Assembly (NCBI GenBank): GCA_023898385.1
Contig: CP060220.1
Location: forward strand, 76,993 to 140,992
DNA: 64,000 bases
Origin: Pseudobdellovibrionaceae bacterium
GTDB taxonomy: Bacteria > Bdellovibrionota > Bdellovibrionia > Bdellovibrionales > UBA1609
Reading direction: 5' to 3'
Shown: positions 45,803 to 55,599 of the stretch, in pieces
Layout: each line of letters opens with the position of its first letter
Numbering within the stretch: the stretch's first letter is position 1
Notes under the pieces: generated by a model
Told to the model about the DNA's origin: nothing
Database searches by the model: none
The model's input: the letters and a program-made list of their open reading frames with translations, nothing else
Program-made: the position numbers and the translations under genes

Positions 45803-47353
45803 TTAAACGCTACCGATTTTAGGGATTTTTACGGTGAGCACACCGTCTTCGTAGGTTCGTTGAATGAGCTTTTCAGCCACGGGCTGATCGAGTGGGATCT
45901 CCTCACGAAAACTCTGAAAGTTATTTGTTATAAATCGATGCCCGTCCTTTTTCACAGTGTCGTTAAACCCCCGGCTGCCGCTGACGACCACATGATCTTT
46001 TTTGACTCGTATATCAACGTTGTGGGCTTCGTGTTCGGGTACCCAGGCTCGAATTTCATAGTGAGAGGCTCTGTCAGCGAATTCTGTTTTCGGATTCTGC
46101 AGGCGATAAAACGGGTCATGATTTTTGTCAGAATATTTGCCGTAGCTTTCCATGACTTCTTGTTTTTCTTTTTGTAGCGAATCAATGAGGCGCTCGCGTT
46201 GATTTTCAATGGCTTCCCGGTTAAGAGATTGATTTTGATGGAAGCTTTTTTCAAATTCAGATTTTTGCTTGGCAAGGTCTTTTCGCTGAACGCGTTGATT
46301 TTCTTCCATTCTCTTTTGGTGGCCCTCAGTGGCATTGGCTATCTCATGTTCGTGCTGTTTGTGCATTTGCTCAAGTTTGTCTTGGTACGAGGCCTTTTGC
46401 TGCTGGGTTCTTTGGTCGTAGGTTTGTTTTTGGTAAGAGAGTTCTCGGTCGCCATCTTTGTGCACTCGGGCCACTTCGGCATCGTATTCCGTTCTTACCT
46501 TGCCAATTTGAGCACTGCCTTTAGTGCGCTCAGTTGCCAACTGCCGCTGGTTTTGTTTTTTTAAATCAGCGATCTTTTTGTCGGCTTCAGAGTACTCAAG
46601 GTCGTACTGGTGTTTTTTTTCGTCTTTCATGGAGTGGAGAGAGTCATTGTGGCGATCGCGCTCTTCGTTGTAGGTTTCGGTGTTGTCGTTTTTGAGTTGG
46701 TCAAGGCGTTGGCGGTGAGTGTCCCTCGTGTGATTGAATTCGTTAATTTGTGCCTTCTGAGCATGCTGCACCATCTTGCGATGCTCTTCACCTTTTTTTC
46801 TAAGTTCATCTCGATGTTGTTCCCGAATTTCTGTTTCTGCCTTTTTAGTGTTTTCACGAAGATCTTGTAGTTGTTTATTAGACTCTTCGCCAATGACCTT
46901 TCGTCTCACTTCTTGTTGTTTCTGAAGGTCTTGAGTGGTCTTATACTCCTGATCAAGCACTTGATTTTTGTGAATTTTGGTTTGATTAATTTGATCATCA
47001 AACTGCTGTTCAATTCGGCCCAATTCTTTTTGCATCTCAGTCTTTTGGGCCTTGGCTTGGTTTTGTAGGTTCAGAAGCTGCTGGTTGTTTACCTGGCGCT
47101 TTTGTTGAATCTCATCGCTGTAGGTGGCTTTGATGTTGTCAATTCGCTCATCGTTGGATTTTCTAATGTGATTAACGGTGGCTTCACCATGACGGCGGAG
47201 GTTTTGCTCTTCAGAATTGTATTTTTCGCGAAGCTGTTTCAACTTGTCTTCACTAGTTTCTATGAGATCTTTTTTTCGTTGGCGATAGCGATCGTTGATC
47301 TGCTTTATTTGATCATCTTGGCTGATTCGAAATTTTGAAACTTCGTTGGCCAT
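45803..47353 (-). CDS. Charged coiled-coil protein (~400 aa) with C-terminal Hsp20/alpha-crystallin domain
   Basis: The N-terminal region is rich in K/E/Q/R/D/N and has heptad character. The C-terminus YEIRAWVPEHEAHNVDIRVKKDHVVVSGSR...FQSFREEIPLDQPV...YEDGVLTVKIPK matches the ACD pattern. Confidence 0.75.
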   Translation of the reverse strand: MANEVSKFRISQDDQIKQINDRYRQRKKDLIETSEDKLKQLREKYNSEEQNLRRHGEATVNHIRKSNDERIDNIKATYSDEIQQKRQVNNQQLLNLQNQAKAQKTEMQKELGRIEQQFDDQINQTKIHKNQVLDQEYKTTQDLQKQQEVRRKVIGEESNKQLQDLRENTKKAETEIREQHRDELRKKGEEHRKMVQHAQKAQINEFNHTRDTHRQRLDQLKNDNTETYNEERDRHNDSLHSMKDEKKHQYDLEYSEADKKIADLKKQNQRQLATERTKGSAQIGKVRTEYDAEVARVHKDGDRELSYQKQTYDQRTQQQKASYQDKLEQMHKQHEHEIANATEGHQKRMEENQRVQRKDLAKQKSEFEKSFHQNQSLNREAIENQRERLIDSLQKEKQEVMESYGKYSDKNHDPFYRLQNPKTEFADRASHYEIRAWVPEHEAHNVDIRVKKDHVVVSGSRGFNDTVKKDGHRFITNNFQSFREEIPLDQPVAEKLIQRTYEDGVLTVKIPKIGSV

Positions 47354-47498
47354 CTTGGAGCCTTCCTGGGTTCCTTTTTTCTCAACTCACATCCTATGAG
47401 TTGATGGTATCTTGCTCGGAGTTGATAACTGTGCAACGCGAGACTTCCCTCTCCCTATATCATTATTGTATCAATATTTTGGGTCAGGACCCATGCGA

Positions 47499-47807
47499 CT
47501 ATGGTTCGGTTTGTGGTCCAGAACTGCTATTGTCAGCGGTGGCTGTGGGTTTTTCGCAGATGGGGGTGTACCGGGCTGGCGCGGTGTTTTCCCAGCACAT
47601 CCACGACTCGGCGTATTCAATGAGTTCACCCCGATTGAGTGGGTGATACTGGGGGTATTGAACATGGTCTAAGGTCGATAAGACAAAGCGCTCTGTCTCA
47701 AGGGTGGGGTTAAATATGCGCAACCGAAAGGCCCGGTATTCAGCGCCAGCCAGCCCCCCTGTCAGTGAAATAAAAATCAAGACTGTGACTCTGCCCAGAG
47801 ATTTCAT
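47499..47807 (-). CDS. Small secreted hypothetical protein
   Basis: Signal peptide MKSLGRVTVLIFISLTGGLAGA. 102 aa with 2 Cys. Confidence 0.5.
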   Translation of the reverse strand: MKSLGRVTVLIFISLTGGLAGAEYRAFRLRIFNPTLETERFVLSTLDHVQYPQYHPLNRGELIEYAESWMCWENTAPARYTPICEKPTATADNSSSGPQTEP

Positions 47808-47821
47808 GCATCTCTCGTCGG

Positions 47822-47850
47822 CAAAAAAAGAATGCTACTTAAGGCATTCT
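47822..47850 (-). terminator. Rho-independent terminator (minus strand)
   Basis: AGAATGC-8 nt-GCATTCT. On the minus strand it is followed by U7, from the A-run at 47823-47829. Confidence 0.7.
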
Positions 47851-48028
47851 CGATATTTTGCTAAATTGCGGTGGCCTTATGAAGATGGGTAGCTGTCAAG
47901 GTGTCGCAGAGCCCACGATCGGCCAGATTGGAGCTCTACGTGGCAAAGTGGTTTCAGGAGAGGCCACTTACTCGCCGCGAGGTTTCAGAGGTGGCCCAGC
48001 CACCTCTCGTTTGGCCCAGTCGACGACC

Positions 48029-48370
48029 TCATAGAATTTTTATTCCATGGTTTTTTGCAATGTAAGCTATTCCACCAACTTGAGAATCTCGGTCGAACGA
48101 GTTAGCTAAAAGAAGAATCCATTCGATGGGCCACTCAAGATTGGGCGGCGTTATCGTGCGCTCTTGAGCCAATTTCAATTGGGATATCTTATCAAACACG
48201 ACCACCACATCTAAGTCTGATTCTGCTGTCATCTCTCCATCAACAGACGAGCCTACGAGGTATGCAGACTTGGCGAACTCCCCAATGCCTGAGCGTTCAA
48301 GTTCTTTGCGAATTTGAAGCACCAAACCTTCGGTGTCCACGTCAATTTTTTGAAGTTTCAAAAGTCCCAT
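48029..48370 (-). CDS. Minimal (MNT-like) nucleotidyltransferase with no adjacent HEPN gene
   Basis: YLVGSSVDGEMTAESDLDVVVVF, the GS...DxD motif. Confidence 0.75.
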   Translation of the reverse strand: MGLLKLQKIDVDTEGLVLQIRKELERSGIGEFAKSAYLVGSSVDGEMTAESDLDVVVVFDKISQLKLAQERTITPPNLEWPIEWILLLANSFDRDSQVGGIAYIAKNHGIKIL

Positions 48371-48432
48371 AACGGCACAATAGTCTAAAATGTAATCATT
48401 TACAACTGAGGCCCCAATTTACGCAACGAAGT

Positions 48433-48753
48433 TCAGTGTTTTTCGAGGGTGGCCGCAAGTACGGTGTTATCAACAATGTGAAAATAGGCCCGCACTAGGG
48501 TTTCATAGGAGTCGCCATCAAGGCTTTCTAGGAAGCACCGTTTTTCTTCAAAGGTGGTCTTATTGATGAGTCCGGTAAAAAGAGACTGAATTCGATCCAT
48601 ATTGTCGAAGCTGAAGAAATCAATTTCTTCAGTGGGGATTCGAAGTATTTGCGCGATTGTCTCATTTTCGAACAATACGTGAATGCCACGCATAGATTGC
48701 GCGAGCAGGACTTCGATTTTTTGTAATTTGTTTTCCTCAATCTGGACCATCAT
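48433..48753 (-). CDS. Hypothetical protein
   Basis: 106 aa, upstream of the NTase on the same strand. No family recognised. Confidence 0.5.
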   Translation of the reverse strand: MMVQIEENKLQKIEVLLAQSMRGIHVLFENETIAQILRIPTEEIDFFSFDNMDRIQSLFTGLINKTTFEEKRCFLESLDGDSYETLVRAYFHIVDNTVLAATLEKH

Positions 48754-49007
48754 CTGCCCTGTTGAGAATCCTACGGATCTCTTATATCAATTATGAGAAA
48801 GAAATCCCCGCAGTATCAAGCCTGAAATCTAGGAAATTTGACATACCCAGACATTGGTCCTAAAATTTAATGTGAGGTGATGTTTTTTTGTGCAAATCCC
48901 GATGAGTCATTAGTCATTAAGAATTTTCAGCTCGGTGTTTCAAAATGAGACACGATTTTCGTCGACTCAAATTGCTCAATGACATAGCTTTTAGATATGG
49001 AGATGTT

Positions 49008-49847
49008 ATGGCGAGTGAGAAACGAGCCAAGAAGAGTGAAGATATGATTGTTGTTGATGAAGAAAAAGACCTGAAGTTCTCTACGGAAGAAGAGCTCTTT
49101 GGTTATTTCGAAAAGGACGTGGTGAAGCTGGAAGAAGAATATTTTCAGCTTCGCTCCAGCAACGATCTAGATGATAAAGACTTTGCCCGCTACGAAAAGA
49201 ATCTCGTTCGCCTACTTGAAGACCCAGATGAGGTTTGGGAGGATGAGTCCTCGTTGCCAGACAAAAAGGTATTCATCTATCTTCGCGAATTTGACAGCCC
49301 TAATGAAGACGAGGCTCTTTTTCATGTGGCGGTAGCCTATATGGCGGGTGATATGCCAAGCTTCATTTATTTGCATTTTCCAACGAGAGATATTCGATTA
49401 GCCGAACATTATCAGCGCGGTGAGATTGTCTATGACCGCATTCTTGAAAATGCGTCGCCTGGGGCATTGGATGGTGACGCTCTCCTTGAGGGTGAGCCAT
49501 TGGCCAGTGGCCTTTATGAGGCCATGTTGAAGGTGCGCAGTGATCACGATATTAGAGAAGAAGAATTTAGAGAGTTTGCCCATTTGCGTGAAGAAGCCAT
49601 TGAGGAGGCCGATGAGATTTGGCGAAACAATGACTCAATGGGCAACGTGTTGGTGACGTTTATTAAAGAATTCCATGAAGAGGGGCCAGGCGCTATTTAT
49701 TATGTGGTGGTGACTTTGGAAGACACACCTTCAAATAGTCACGCATTGTTGTTTTCTTTTCCGACCACTGATGAGGGGCTTCTTGACCGCTATCGCCATG
49801 GCGAGAATCTGCAGGCCGATGAAGTGGTGCAAGAAGCCAGTCACTAA
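49008..49847 (+). CDS. Acidic hypothetical protein with an internal tandem duplication
   Basis: GGAGA precedes ATG 49008. Two ~90-aa modules share DE[VI]W...F[IL].EF...FPT.D..L...Y..GE. Confidence 0.6.
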   Translation: MASEKRAKKSEDMIVVDEEKDLKFSTEEELFGYFEKDVVKLEEEYFQLRSSNDLDDKDFARYEKNLVRLLEDPDEVWEDESSLPDKKVFIYLREFDSPNEDEALFHVAVAYMAGDMPSFIYLHFPTRDIRLAEHYQRGEIVYDRILENASPGALDGDALLEGEPLASGLYEAMLKVRSDHDIREEEFREFAHLREEAIEEADEIWRNNDSMGNVLVTFIKEFHEEGPGAIYYVVVTLEDTPSNSHALLFSFPTTDEGLLDRYRHGENLQADEVVQEASH

Positions 49848-50738
49848 TTAGAAAATCACCGACAATGTATTTTTAATCCATGTCCAAATGCGGGTCCACA
49901 ATCCGGACACAGGCTTTATCGAAGCTGGGTTTCTGGTATCTAGTTTTTGAAAAAAGCCGGCACACATTTCTTTTGAATAGTTGTAAAACTCAACATCGGT
50001 AGCCCCACTGTTGATCAGGTGTTGAAGGGGGTGCAAGGCCTGTAAAGCGGTGGCTTTGTGAAGGGCATTATAGTTGGCTGGATTGGCTGAAAACGGTGGT
50101 AAAAGTACGTCGTAATAGGCAATGGCCGAGGAGCCTTGGCTGTCATCATAGACGGCCATTTTAACGGCGTCATATTGCATGGACATATCGGTCATGATGA
50201 TCAGGAATCGATCTAGAAAGTTGTCGGTGGTTGTGCCGCTAATGTTGAGACTGAATTCTTGAATCAAATTATTAATGGTGGCCTTGCTAATTTTATTAAC
50301 CGGAGTCTGTGCCGAAATGGTCATGCCCGAACCTTCTTGAACAAAATAAAAGCTCACCGGTCGGCTATTGGTCACGCGGTTGCCAGGAATGTCTTCCGCC
50401 CAGCGGAAGAATTGCACATAGTAGTTATCAGAATTAACGATGGCCTCGGGATAACTCTCTAGGTGGAGGCGAATAATGGTGGGAGCATATTGTCCGGTAA
50501 GGGGATCATAGTATGTGCTGATTTGTCCATTGAGCTCAGTGACTTGATCGCTAAAGGCGTTACACTCGGCAAGAAGACCGCCATCCACGCGCACGGTTCC
50601 AGTGGTCGTATCACTGCCGCCGCGGCTGGTGAGGGTGTCAGTGTCTCTCACCACTCCAGTGGGGCCGCACCCGCTGATTAAGAGCCAAAAAAATATAAAG
50701 GGACTAAACTTTGTTATAAATAATTTTTCGTAGATCAT
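49848..50738 (-). CDS. Hypothetical lipoprotein
   Basis: Lipobox LLISGC. No family recognised. Confidence 0.6.
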   Translation of the reverse strand: MIYEKLFITKFSPFIFFWLLISGCGPTGVVRDTDTLTSRGGSDTTTGTVRVDGGLLAECNAFSDQVTELNGQISTYYDPLTGQYAPTIIRLHLESYPEAIVNSDNYYVQFFRWAEDIPGNRVTNSRPVSFYFVQEGSGMTISAQTPVNKISKATINNLIQEFSLNISGTTTDNFLDRFLIIMTDMSMQYDAVKMAVYDDSQGSSAIAYYDVLLPPFSANPANYNALHKATALQALHPLQHLINSGATDVEFYNYSKEMCAGFFQKLDTRNPASIKPVSGLWTRIWTWIKNTLSVIF

Positions 50739-50859
50739 GCCTTCTATTTTATCAGCTTTGCTGCTTTGCGCACTTGTACAGTTGAATTGTTCGGCTTAGG
50801 GCTGGCTTGTTTAGGGTTCTTCAAGTAGGCTTGGGGCCATGCAAAGCTGGAGATTGAAA

Positions 50860-51708
50860 ATGACCCGCATTTTTTGGTTTTTTGTCCTGTTATCGGCAGC
50901 TGGCTGCGCCACTGGATTAAAGTCTATAGAGTCAGAGGGGCCAGTGAATTTACAGTTTAAAGCTGTGTCCGGTCGAGAAGAAATCAATCAATATCGTTCA
51001 AGTAGTTACTACGAAGATTTTGAAGAGGGTCAGTTGGTGCGCGAAAAGCATGAAATCGTTGATTTCACGATTCGCTCGATGGTTAAGGGAGTCGATCCCA
51101 AAGACAAATCCATCGTGGTAGAGATTGCGACCACAAGTAAAGATGGTCTTGTGGACCTGCATGACTTGGCTTTTCCAGAGCTCAACGAAGTTTTAGAGGT
51201 GATATATAGCTCAACAGGGGAAGTGCTTCGCGCCGGCGACTATCCTCCCACCAGTGTGTTCTATGTTCCACCCATTTCATTGCCGCAGGAGCCGGTGTCT
51301 GTGGGCGATACTTGGGAATTTTCAAAATCGTGGATCGGAGCAAAAAGTGGAGCCCTCACTCGTGTGGAAATAGCGTCCATTCTTAAAGGTATTTACAATT
51401 GTGGGCCGGTAGGTCGATGTGTTGAGGTTGAAATTTCAGGTCACGTGGTGTTTCCTACTCTTGATGAAAGTAAGGCCCGATTTAACAGCGAGTTGTGGGG
51501 GCGCTATTTGTATGCCTACGAAAAAGGATCTGTACTGTGGTCAAAGGTTCACTCGGAAGAACAATTTTTGACCAAATCCGGTCGCAAAGATATTTGGAGT
51601 TGCATGGTTTCATTTTTGAAGGAACCTGCCGCAGAAGGCATAAAAAAAGCTCAAAGTTTAGAGTGTGATCCTAAGGCTCCAGCCCCTGCCCAGGTGCCGG
51701 GAATTTAG
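50860..51708 (+). CDS. Hypothetical lipoprotein
   Basis: MTRIFWFFVLLSAAGC lipobox at internal ATG 50860. Confidence 0.6.
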   Translation: MTRIFWFFVLLSAAGCATGLKSIESEGPVNLQFKAVSGREEINQYRSSSYYEDFEEGQLVREKHEIVDFTIRSMVKGVDPKDKSIVVEIATTSKDGLVDLHDLAFPELNEVLEVIYSSTGEVLRAGDYPPTSVFYVPPISLPQEPVSVGDTWEFSKSWIGAKSGALTRVEIASILKGIYNCGPVGRCVEVEISGHVVFPTLDESKARFNSELWGRYLYAYEKGSVLWSKVHSEEQFLTKSGRKDIWSCMVSFLKEPAAEGIKKAQSLECDPKAPAPAQVPGI

Positions 51709-54026
51709 GCCAACTCGGCCCAGGTCAACCCGTCACCGCCACCAGATTCGCTATTTCCCGCATACCATTTTTTAACATAAACACTTCTTGATAAATAGGT
51801 GCGAATGCCTTTTTTGAGCGACTCTGTGCCGTGTCCGTGCACAATTTTAATGCGATCTTCTTGGCCGAGAGCTGCTTTATCCAGCTGAATTTCAAGTTGT
51901 GAAATGGCCTCTTCCACTGAAAGTCCGCGAAGGTCCACGACGCGATCGCCTTCAGCTGGAGAAACGGAATAGTGTTTTGTGTGTCGCAAAATCTCTTGCG
52001 TGGGATTCGTCGCATGGTGCGGGGGCTTCAATTGATTCCAAAGAACAGTGACTCGCATGGGACCTGCGAGAATGACCACTTCGCCCTTGCTGTTTGGCCG
52101 GCTTTGCACCACAGCGTCTTTTGCAATACTCGGTGCAAAGACCTTCGTGCCTGGCGGAAAGGCCCTTGTGAAGTCTTCTGCGGATTCAATTTTTTGTTGC
52201 TGGCTAGTTGGAGTTTTCACTACTTCTGGAAGATCAGCTTTCACTTTTTGTAGCTCACCGTGCCTTTTAAAAACTTCGTCCACTTTTGCATGTTGAATCA
52301 TGGTTTCGACTTTTTTCTCGGCCCGCTCTATGGTGCGGCCGAGCATTTGCTCCCGGTCATGTTCAAACTGCTTTCGCAATCGCTCGTATTGGAGGCGTTC
52401 TTTTTCTGCCTGCCGGGATTTTTCAAGAAATTGGTCTTGCAACTGACTGAGCTGTTGCTTCATTTTTTCAATTTCTTTAACACTCTCGTGATATTTTTTT
52501 CTCTCAGGGCTTAGGTGCTCAAGCGCAGCTTCAATAATTTCTGGTTTTACGCCCACTCTCTTTGCCGTTTGAATGGCCAGTGATTGCCCCGGCACACCCA
52601 TTAAGAATCGATAAGTGGGACCCCGCTCATTGTCAAACTCAAGGCTGCCATTCACCACGCCCGAAGTGTCTTCCCACCCCGATTTAAGTGCGCCCAAATG
52701 GGAGGTGATCACGGCAAAGGCTCCGGCGCGAGAAAAGGCTTGAATAAAACTTCTGGCTAGAGCCGCACCTTCTTCGGGATCGGTGGCCCCACAAATCTCA
52801 TCCACTAAAATCAGATCCTGATCTCCCGCCACTTGTGTGGCCTCATCAAGAAGCCTTAGGTGGGCTGCAAACGTGCTAAGATGAGCGTCAACACTTTGCG
52901 AATCACCCACGGCCACAAACAGCCGATGAAAAAACGGCAGGGTTGAAGGTTCATCCGTGCAAATGGGGAGTCCGCAGCGAGCCATTTGGGCAGCAAGACC
53001 AATAGATTTAAGAAGTACAGTTTTACCACCAGCGTTGGGCCCTGAGAGAAGCAATACGTGGTTTTTGCGATCAACGACCACGCTATTAGGAATGACCGCT
53101 TCATTTTGTAAGACCAAAAGCGGGTGGCGCACGCCGTGCAGTTCAATGGTATCTTTTGAAAACTCACAGGCACTAGCGTTGAGGCGAGAGGCTAATTGAC
53201 CCTGGGCTAATCGCACATCGGATTGCACCATTAACTCTTTGGTTTTTTTGAAATCCGTTTGCAGTGAGCTTAAAAACCCCGAAAGCTGAACCAATAATCG
53301 TTCCACTTCCGCTTCGATTTCAGCATCGACCTGTCGCAGACGGTTATTTACGGGCACGATTTCTTTAGGCTCCATGAAAACCGTTTGTTTGCTTTGGCTT
53401 GAGGCATGGATGATCCCCTCAAAGCTGTGTTGCATGCCACTTTTTATAGGTAAAACCCATCGGCCTTCACGGTTGGTCACGTACTTGTCTTGAAGGACGT
53501 GATCCATGTCATGGCTCTTGACCAATTTATCTAAGGTATTTTGAATGTTTCGAATGTGGTTTTCTTTTTCCTTCGACAAATTAAAAAGGGTTTCACTGGC
53601 ATCTTTTCGGATATCGCCATCAGGAGTCATGATTTGATCAATGGCTGAAAGGGGTTCATCGGCTTTCATCAGCTGTTTAAAAACCTGAGTCACCCAGGGT
53701 GATGAAAAGGGCTTTAGCGTTTCATGTAAAGCAATGGCCTCTAGGCAAAAATGCCTAACATCGCGAAGCTCCATGGGTTTAAGCGTGGCATTTCTTTCAA
53801 GGCGTTGATGCCATGTGGGAAACAGATCCAAGCTTTCCATAAATGGACGTCGCCCGTGCGCCAACACAGATCGCGCTTCGTCAATTTCATTAAAGCTTTC
53901 TATGGCCTGGGCTTCAGAGCTCAATGGGGCCGTGGACGCTAGTTTTGTGCGTCCTTCTTCGCTGGTTGCATGTCCTTTAAGTGTTTCTAAAAGCGACTGC
54001 CAATCAAGAGATTTTAATTCGTTCAC
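51705..54026 (-). CDS. mutS2: Endonuclease MutS2 (MutS ATPase plus Smr domain)
   Basis: Walker A LLSGPNAGGKTVLLKS, DEICGATDPEEG, and a C-terminal Smr domain (VDLRGLSVEEA...KIVHGHGT). Confidence 0.9.
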   Translation of the reverse strand: MNELKSLDWQSLLETLKGHATSEEGRTKLASTAPLSSEAQAIESFNEIDEARSVLAHGRRPFMESLDLFPTWHQRLERNATLKPMELRDVRHFCLEAIALHETLKPFSSPWVTQVFKQLMKADEPLSAIDQIMTPDGDIRKDASETLFNLSKEKENHIRNIQNTLDKLVKSHDMDHVLQDKYVTNREGRWVLPIKSGMQHSFEGIIHASSQSKQTVFMEPKEIVPVNNRLRQVDAEIEAEVERLLVQLSGFLSSLQTDFKKTKELMVQSDVRLAQGQLASRLNASACEFSKDTIELHGVRHPLLVLQNEAVIPNSVVVDRKNHVLLLSGPNAGGKTVLLKSIGLAAQMARCGLPICTDEPSTLPFFHRLFVAVGDSQSVDAHLSTFAAHLRLLDEATQVAGDQDLILVDEICGATDPEEGAALARSFIQAFSRAGAFAVITSHLGALKSGWEDTSGVVNGSLEFDNERGPTYRFLMGVPGQSLAIQTAKRVGVKPEIIEAALEHLSPERKKYHESVKEIEKMKQQLSQLQDQFLEKSRQAEKERLQYERLRKQFEHDREQMLGRTIERAEKKVETMIQHAKVDEVFKRHGELQKVKADLPEVVKTPTSQQQKIESAEDFTRAFPPGTKVFAPSIAKDAVVQSRPNSKGEVVILAGPMRVTVLWNQLKPPHHATNPTQEILRHTKHYSVSPAEGDRVVDLRGLSVEEAISQLEIQLDKAALGQEDRIKIVHGHGTESLKKGIRTYLSRSVYVKKWYAGNSESGGGDGLTWAELA

Positions 54027-55563
54027 GCCATGCCCTTACGATCAGTCCCACCGTAAGTAGCCAAACCAAGGCAGGAATAAACCAAAACAATTTTTTATAA
54101 ATCGTGGCAGGTGGGTTTTTAACATAGGGGACCTTGTAAAAACCCGTCCACTCTTCAAGCATCGGTGACAGCTGTTGAACTTCGCCTGTGGCCAAGGCCA
54201 CTGTCGATATTCCGGTGTTGGTGGAGCGTACAAGAGGCCGTCTGAACTCAACGGCTCGACCCACTGTCATATACAAATGCTGCCAAGGCTCCTGCCAAGT
54301 GCCATACCACGAGTCATTAGTGACATTAACAAGTATCTCGGCGCCGAGGTCAACCACGTTCTTGGTGTACTTTGGAAACAAACTCTCATAACAAATTTGC
54401 GGGCCCAGGAGCGTTTCGTCAAAGGGCAGTACGTGGGGCTGAGTACCAGGTTCAAAATCACCAGCAGGAATCATTTTCTTAAGCTGAGGCCAGCGATCAG
54501 AAAAAGGGATGTACTCGCCAAAAATCAGCAGATGTAATTTGCTATAGTGAATCTCCTGTAATTTTCCAGAGCGAATGACAAACACCGAGTTTGTTGGCTT
54601 TCCCTGTTGACTGCCAATTCCGTAGGCGCCGGTGATTAAACTCAAATCGAGAGTGGCAAAAAATCGCAGAAGTTCACTTTGTGATGTTCGAAATATCGTC
54701 TGTTCGTCGAGTGTTCGTGGATAAGCGGATTCAGGCCAGATCACAAAGTCCGGCTTTTCAGAAAGATCAGACAGCGCCGACTTTGTGAGATTCATGTATT
54801 TTTTTGCAATGGTGTCGCGAAAACCCCAACCTTGTTCGGCATAGACCTTTTCAAGATTGCCCACGTTGGCCTGTACGATCAACACCTTAATTTCTGCATC
54901 AGGAGCGGGCTGATTTATACTAATATAAAACCCAAGGCCATTGCTCACAGTGACGGTGGCCAAAATAGTATATAGGGCCATATTTTTGAATTGTTGTTTT
55001 CGGTGCAGCCAAACCCAAAGTACCAAGGCATTGAGAAATAAAACCAAAAGGCTAAGGCCCACAAAACCGATCCACTCTGCCAGGTGATAGGCTGGGGCCT
55101 TCGCCCACAACAAGGGGTAACCTAAATTCCAAGGAAACACAGTGGGCGTGTATTCATGAAAAAGATGTGTCAGCAAAACCATCAACAGCAATTGGCTAGA
55201 AAGTTTAAGGTCTAATTTATCCCGCAAAAATCCAAAGGTAACGGCGGCGAAAGGCATAAAGAGATTTGCCACACTCGAATAAATAATGAGTACTAATAAA
55301 GCCACGGGCCATGGCATGTGGCCAAATTCGAGTGAGACATAGGCCACCCAATTAAAACCAATGATTGTGGTGGTGAATTGAGCCAGCCATCCATAAAAAA
55401 ACAATCGTTTGTATGACGACTCGTTCAACCAGACCATCCAGAGCGGTACCAAGCAGAACAGCAGGGCCCATGGCGGAAAGGGAATAAAACTTGTGCCCGT
55501 GAAAATTCCTGTTACGATACTAAGTATGACGGCGGTACGTCGAGACAATGTCTGGTGATGCAT
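54004..55563 (-). CDS. lnt: Apolipoprotein N-acyltransferase
   Basis: Multi-TM N-terminus. VIWPESAYP, KLHLLIFGEYIPF, ICYESLFP and VNVTNDSWYG. Confidence 0.9.
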   Translation of the reverse strand: MHHQTLSRRTAVILSIVTGIFTGTSFIPFPPWALLFCLVPLWMVWLNESSYKRLFFYGWLAQFTTTIIGFNWVAYVSLEFGHMPWPVALLVLIIYSSVANLFMPFAAVTFGFLRDKLDLKLSSQLLLMVLLTHLFHEYTPTVFPWNLGYPLLWAKAPAYHLAEWIGFVGLSLLVLFLNALVLWVWLHRKQQFKNMALYTILATVTVSNGLGFYISINQPAPDAEIKVLIVQANVGNLEKVYAEQGWGFRDTIAKKYMNLTKSALSDLSEKPDFVIWPESAYPRTLDEQTIFRTSQSELLRFFATLDLSLITGAYGIGSQQGKPTNSVFVIRSGKLQEIHYSKLHLLIFGEYIPFSDRWPQLKKMIPAGDFEPGTQPHVLPFDETLLGPQICYESLFPKYTKNVVDLGAEILVNVTNDSWYGTWQEPWQHLYMTVGRAVEFRRPLVRSTNTGISTVALATGEVQQLSPMLEEWTGFYKVPYVKNPPATIYKKLFWFIPALVWLLTVGLIVRAWRERIKIS

Positions 55564-55599
55564 AATCTTTTGTATCACTAAACGGCGCGGGGGAGCCAG

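Noticed and set aside
45860-47338. A ladder of + strand ORFs (45860..46177, 46199..46564, 46610..46870, 46871..47068, 47102..47338)
   Set aside because: They are antisense to the low-complexity coiled-coil gene. They give hydrophobic F/L/V-rich junk with no RBS.
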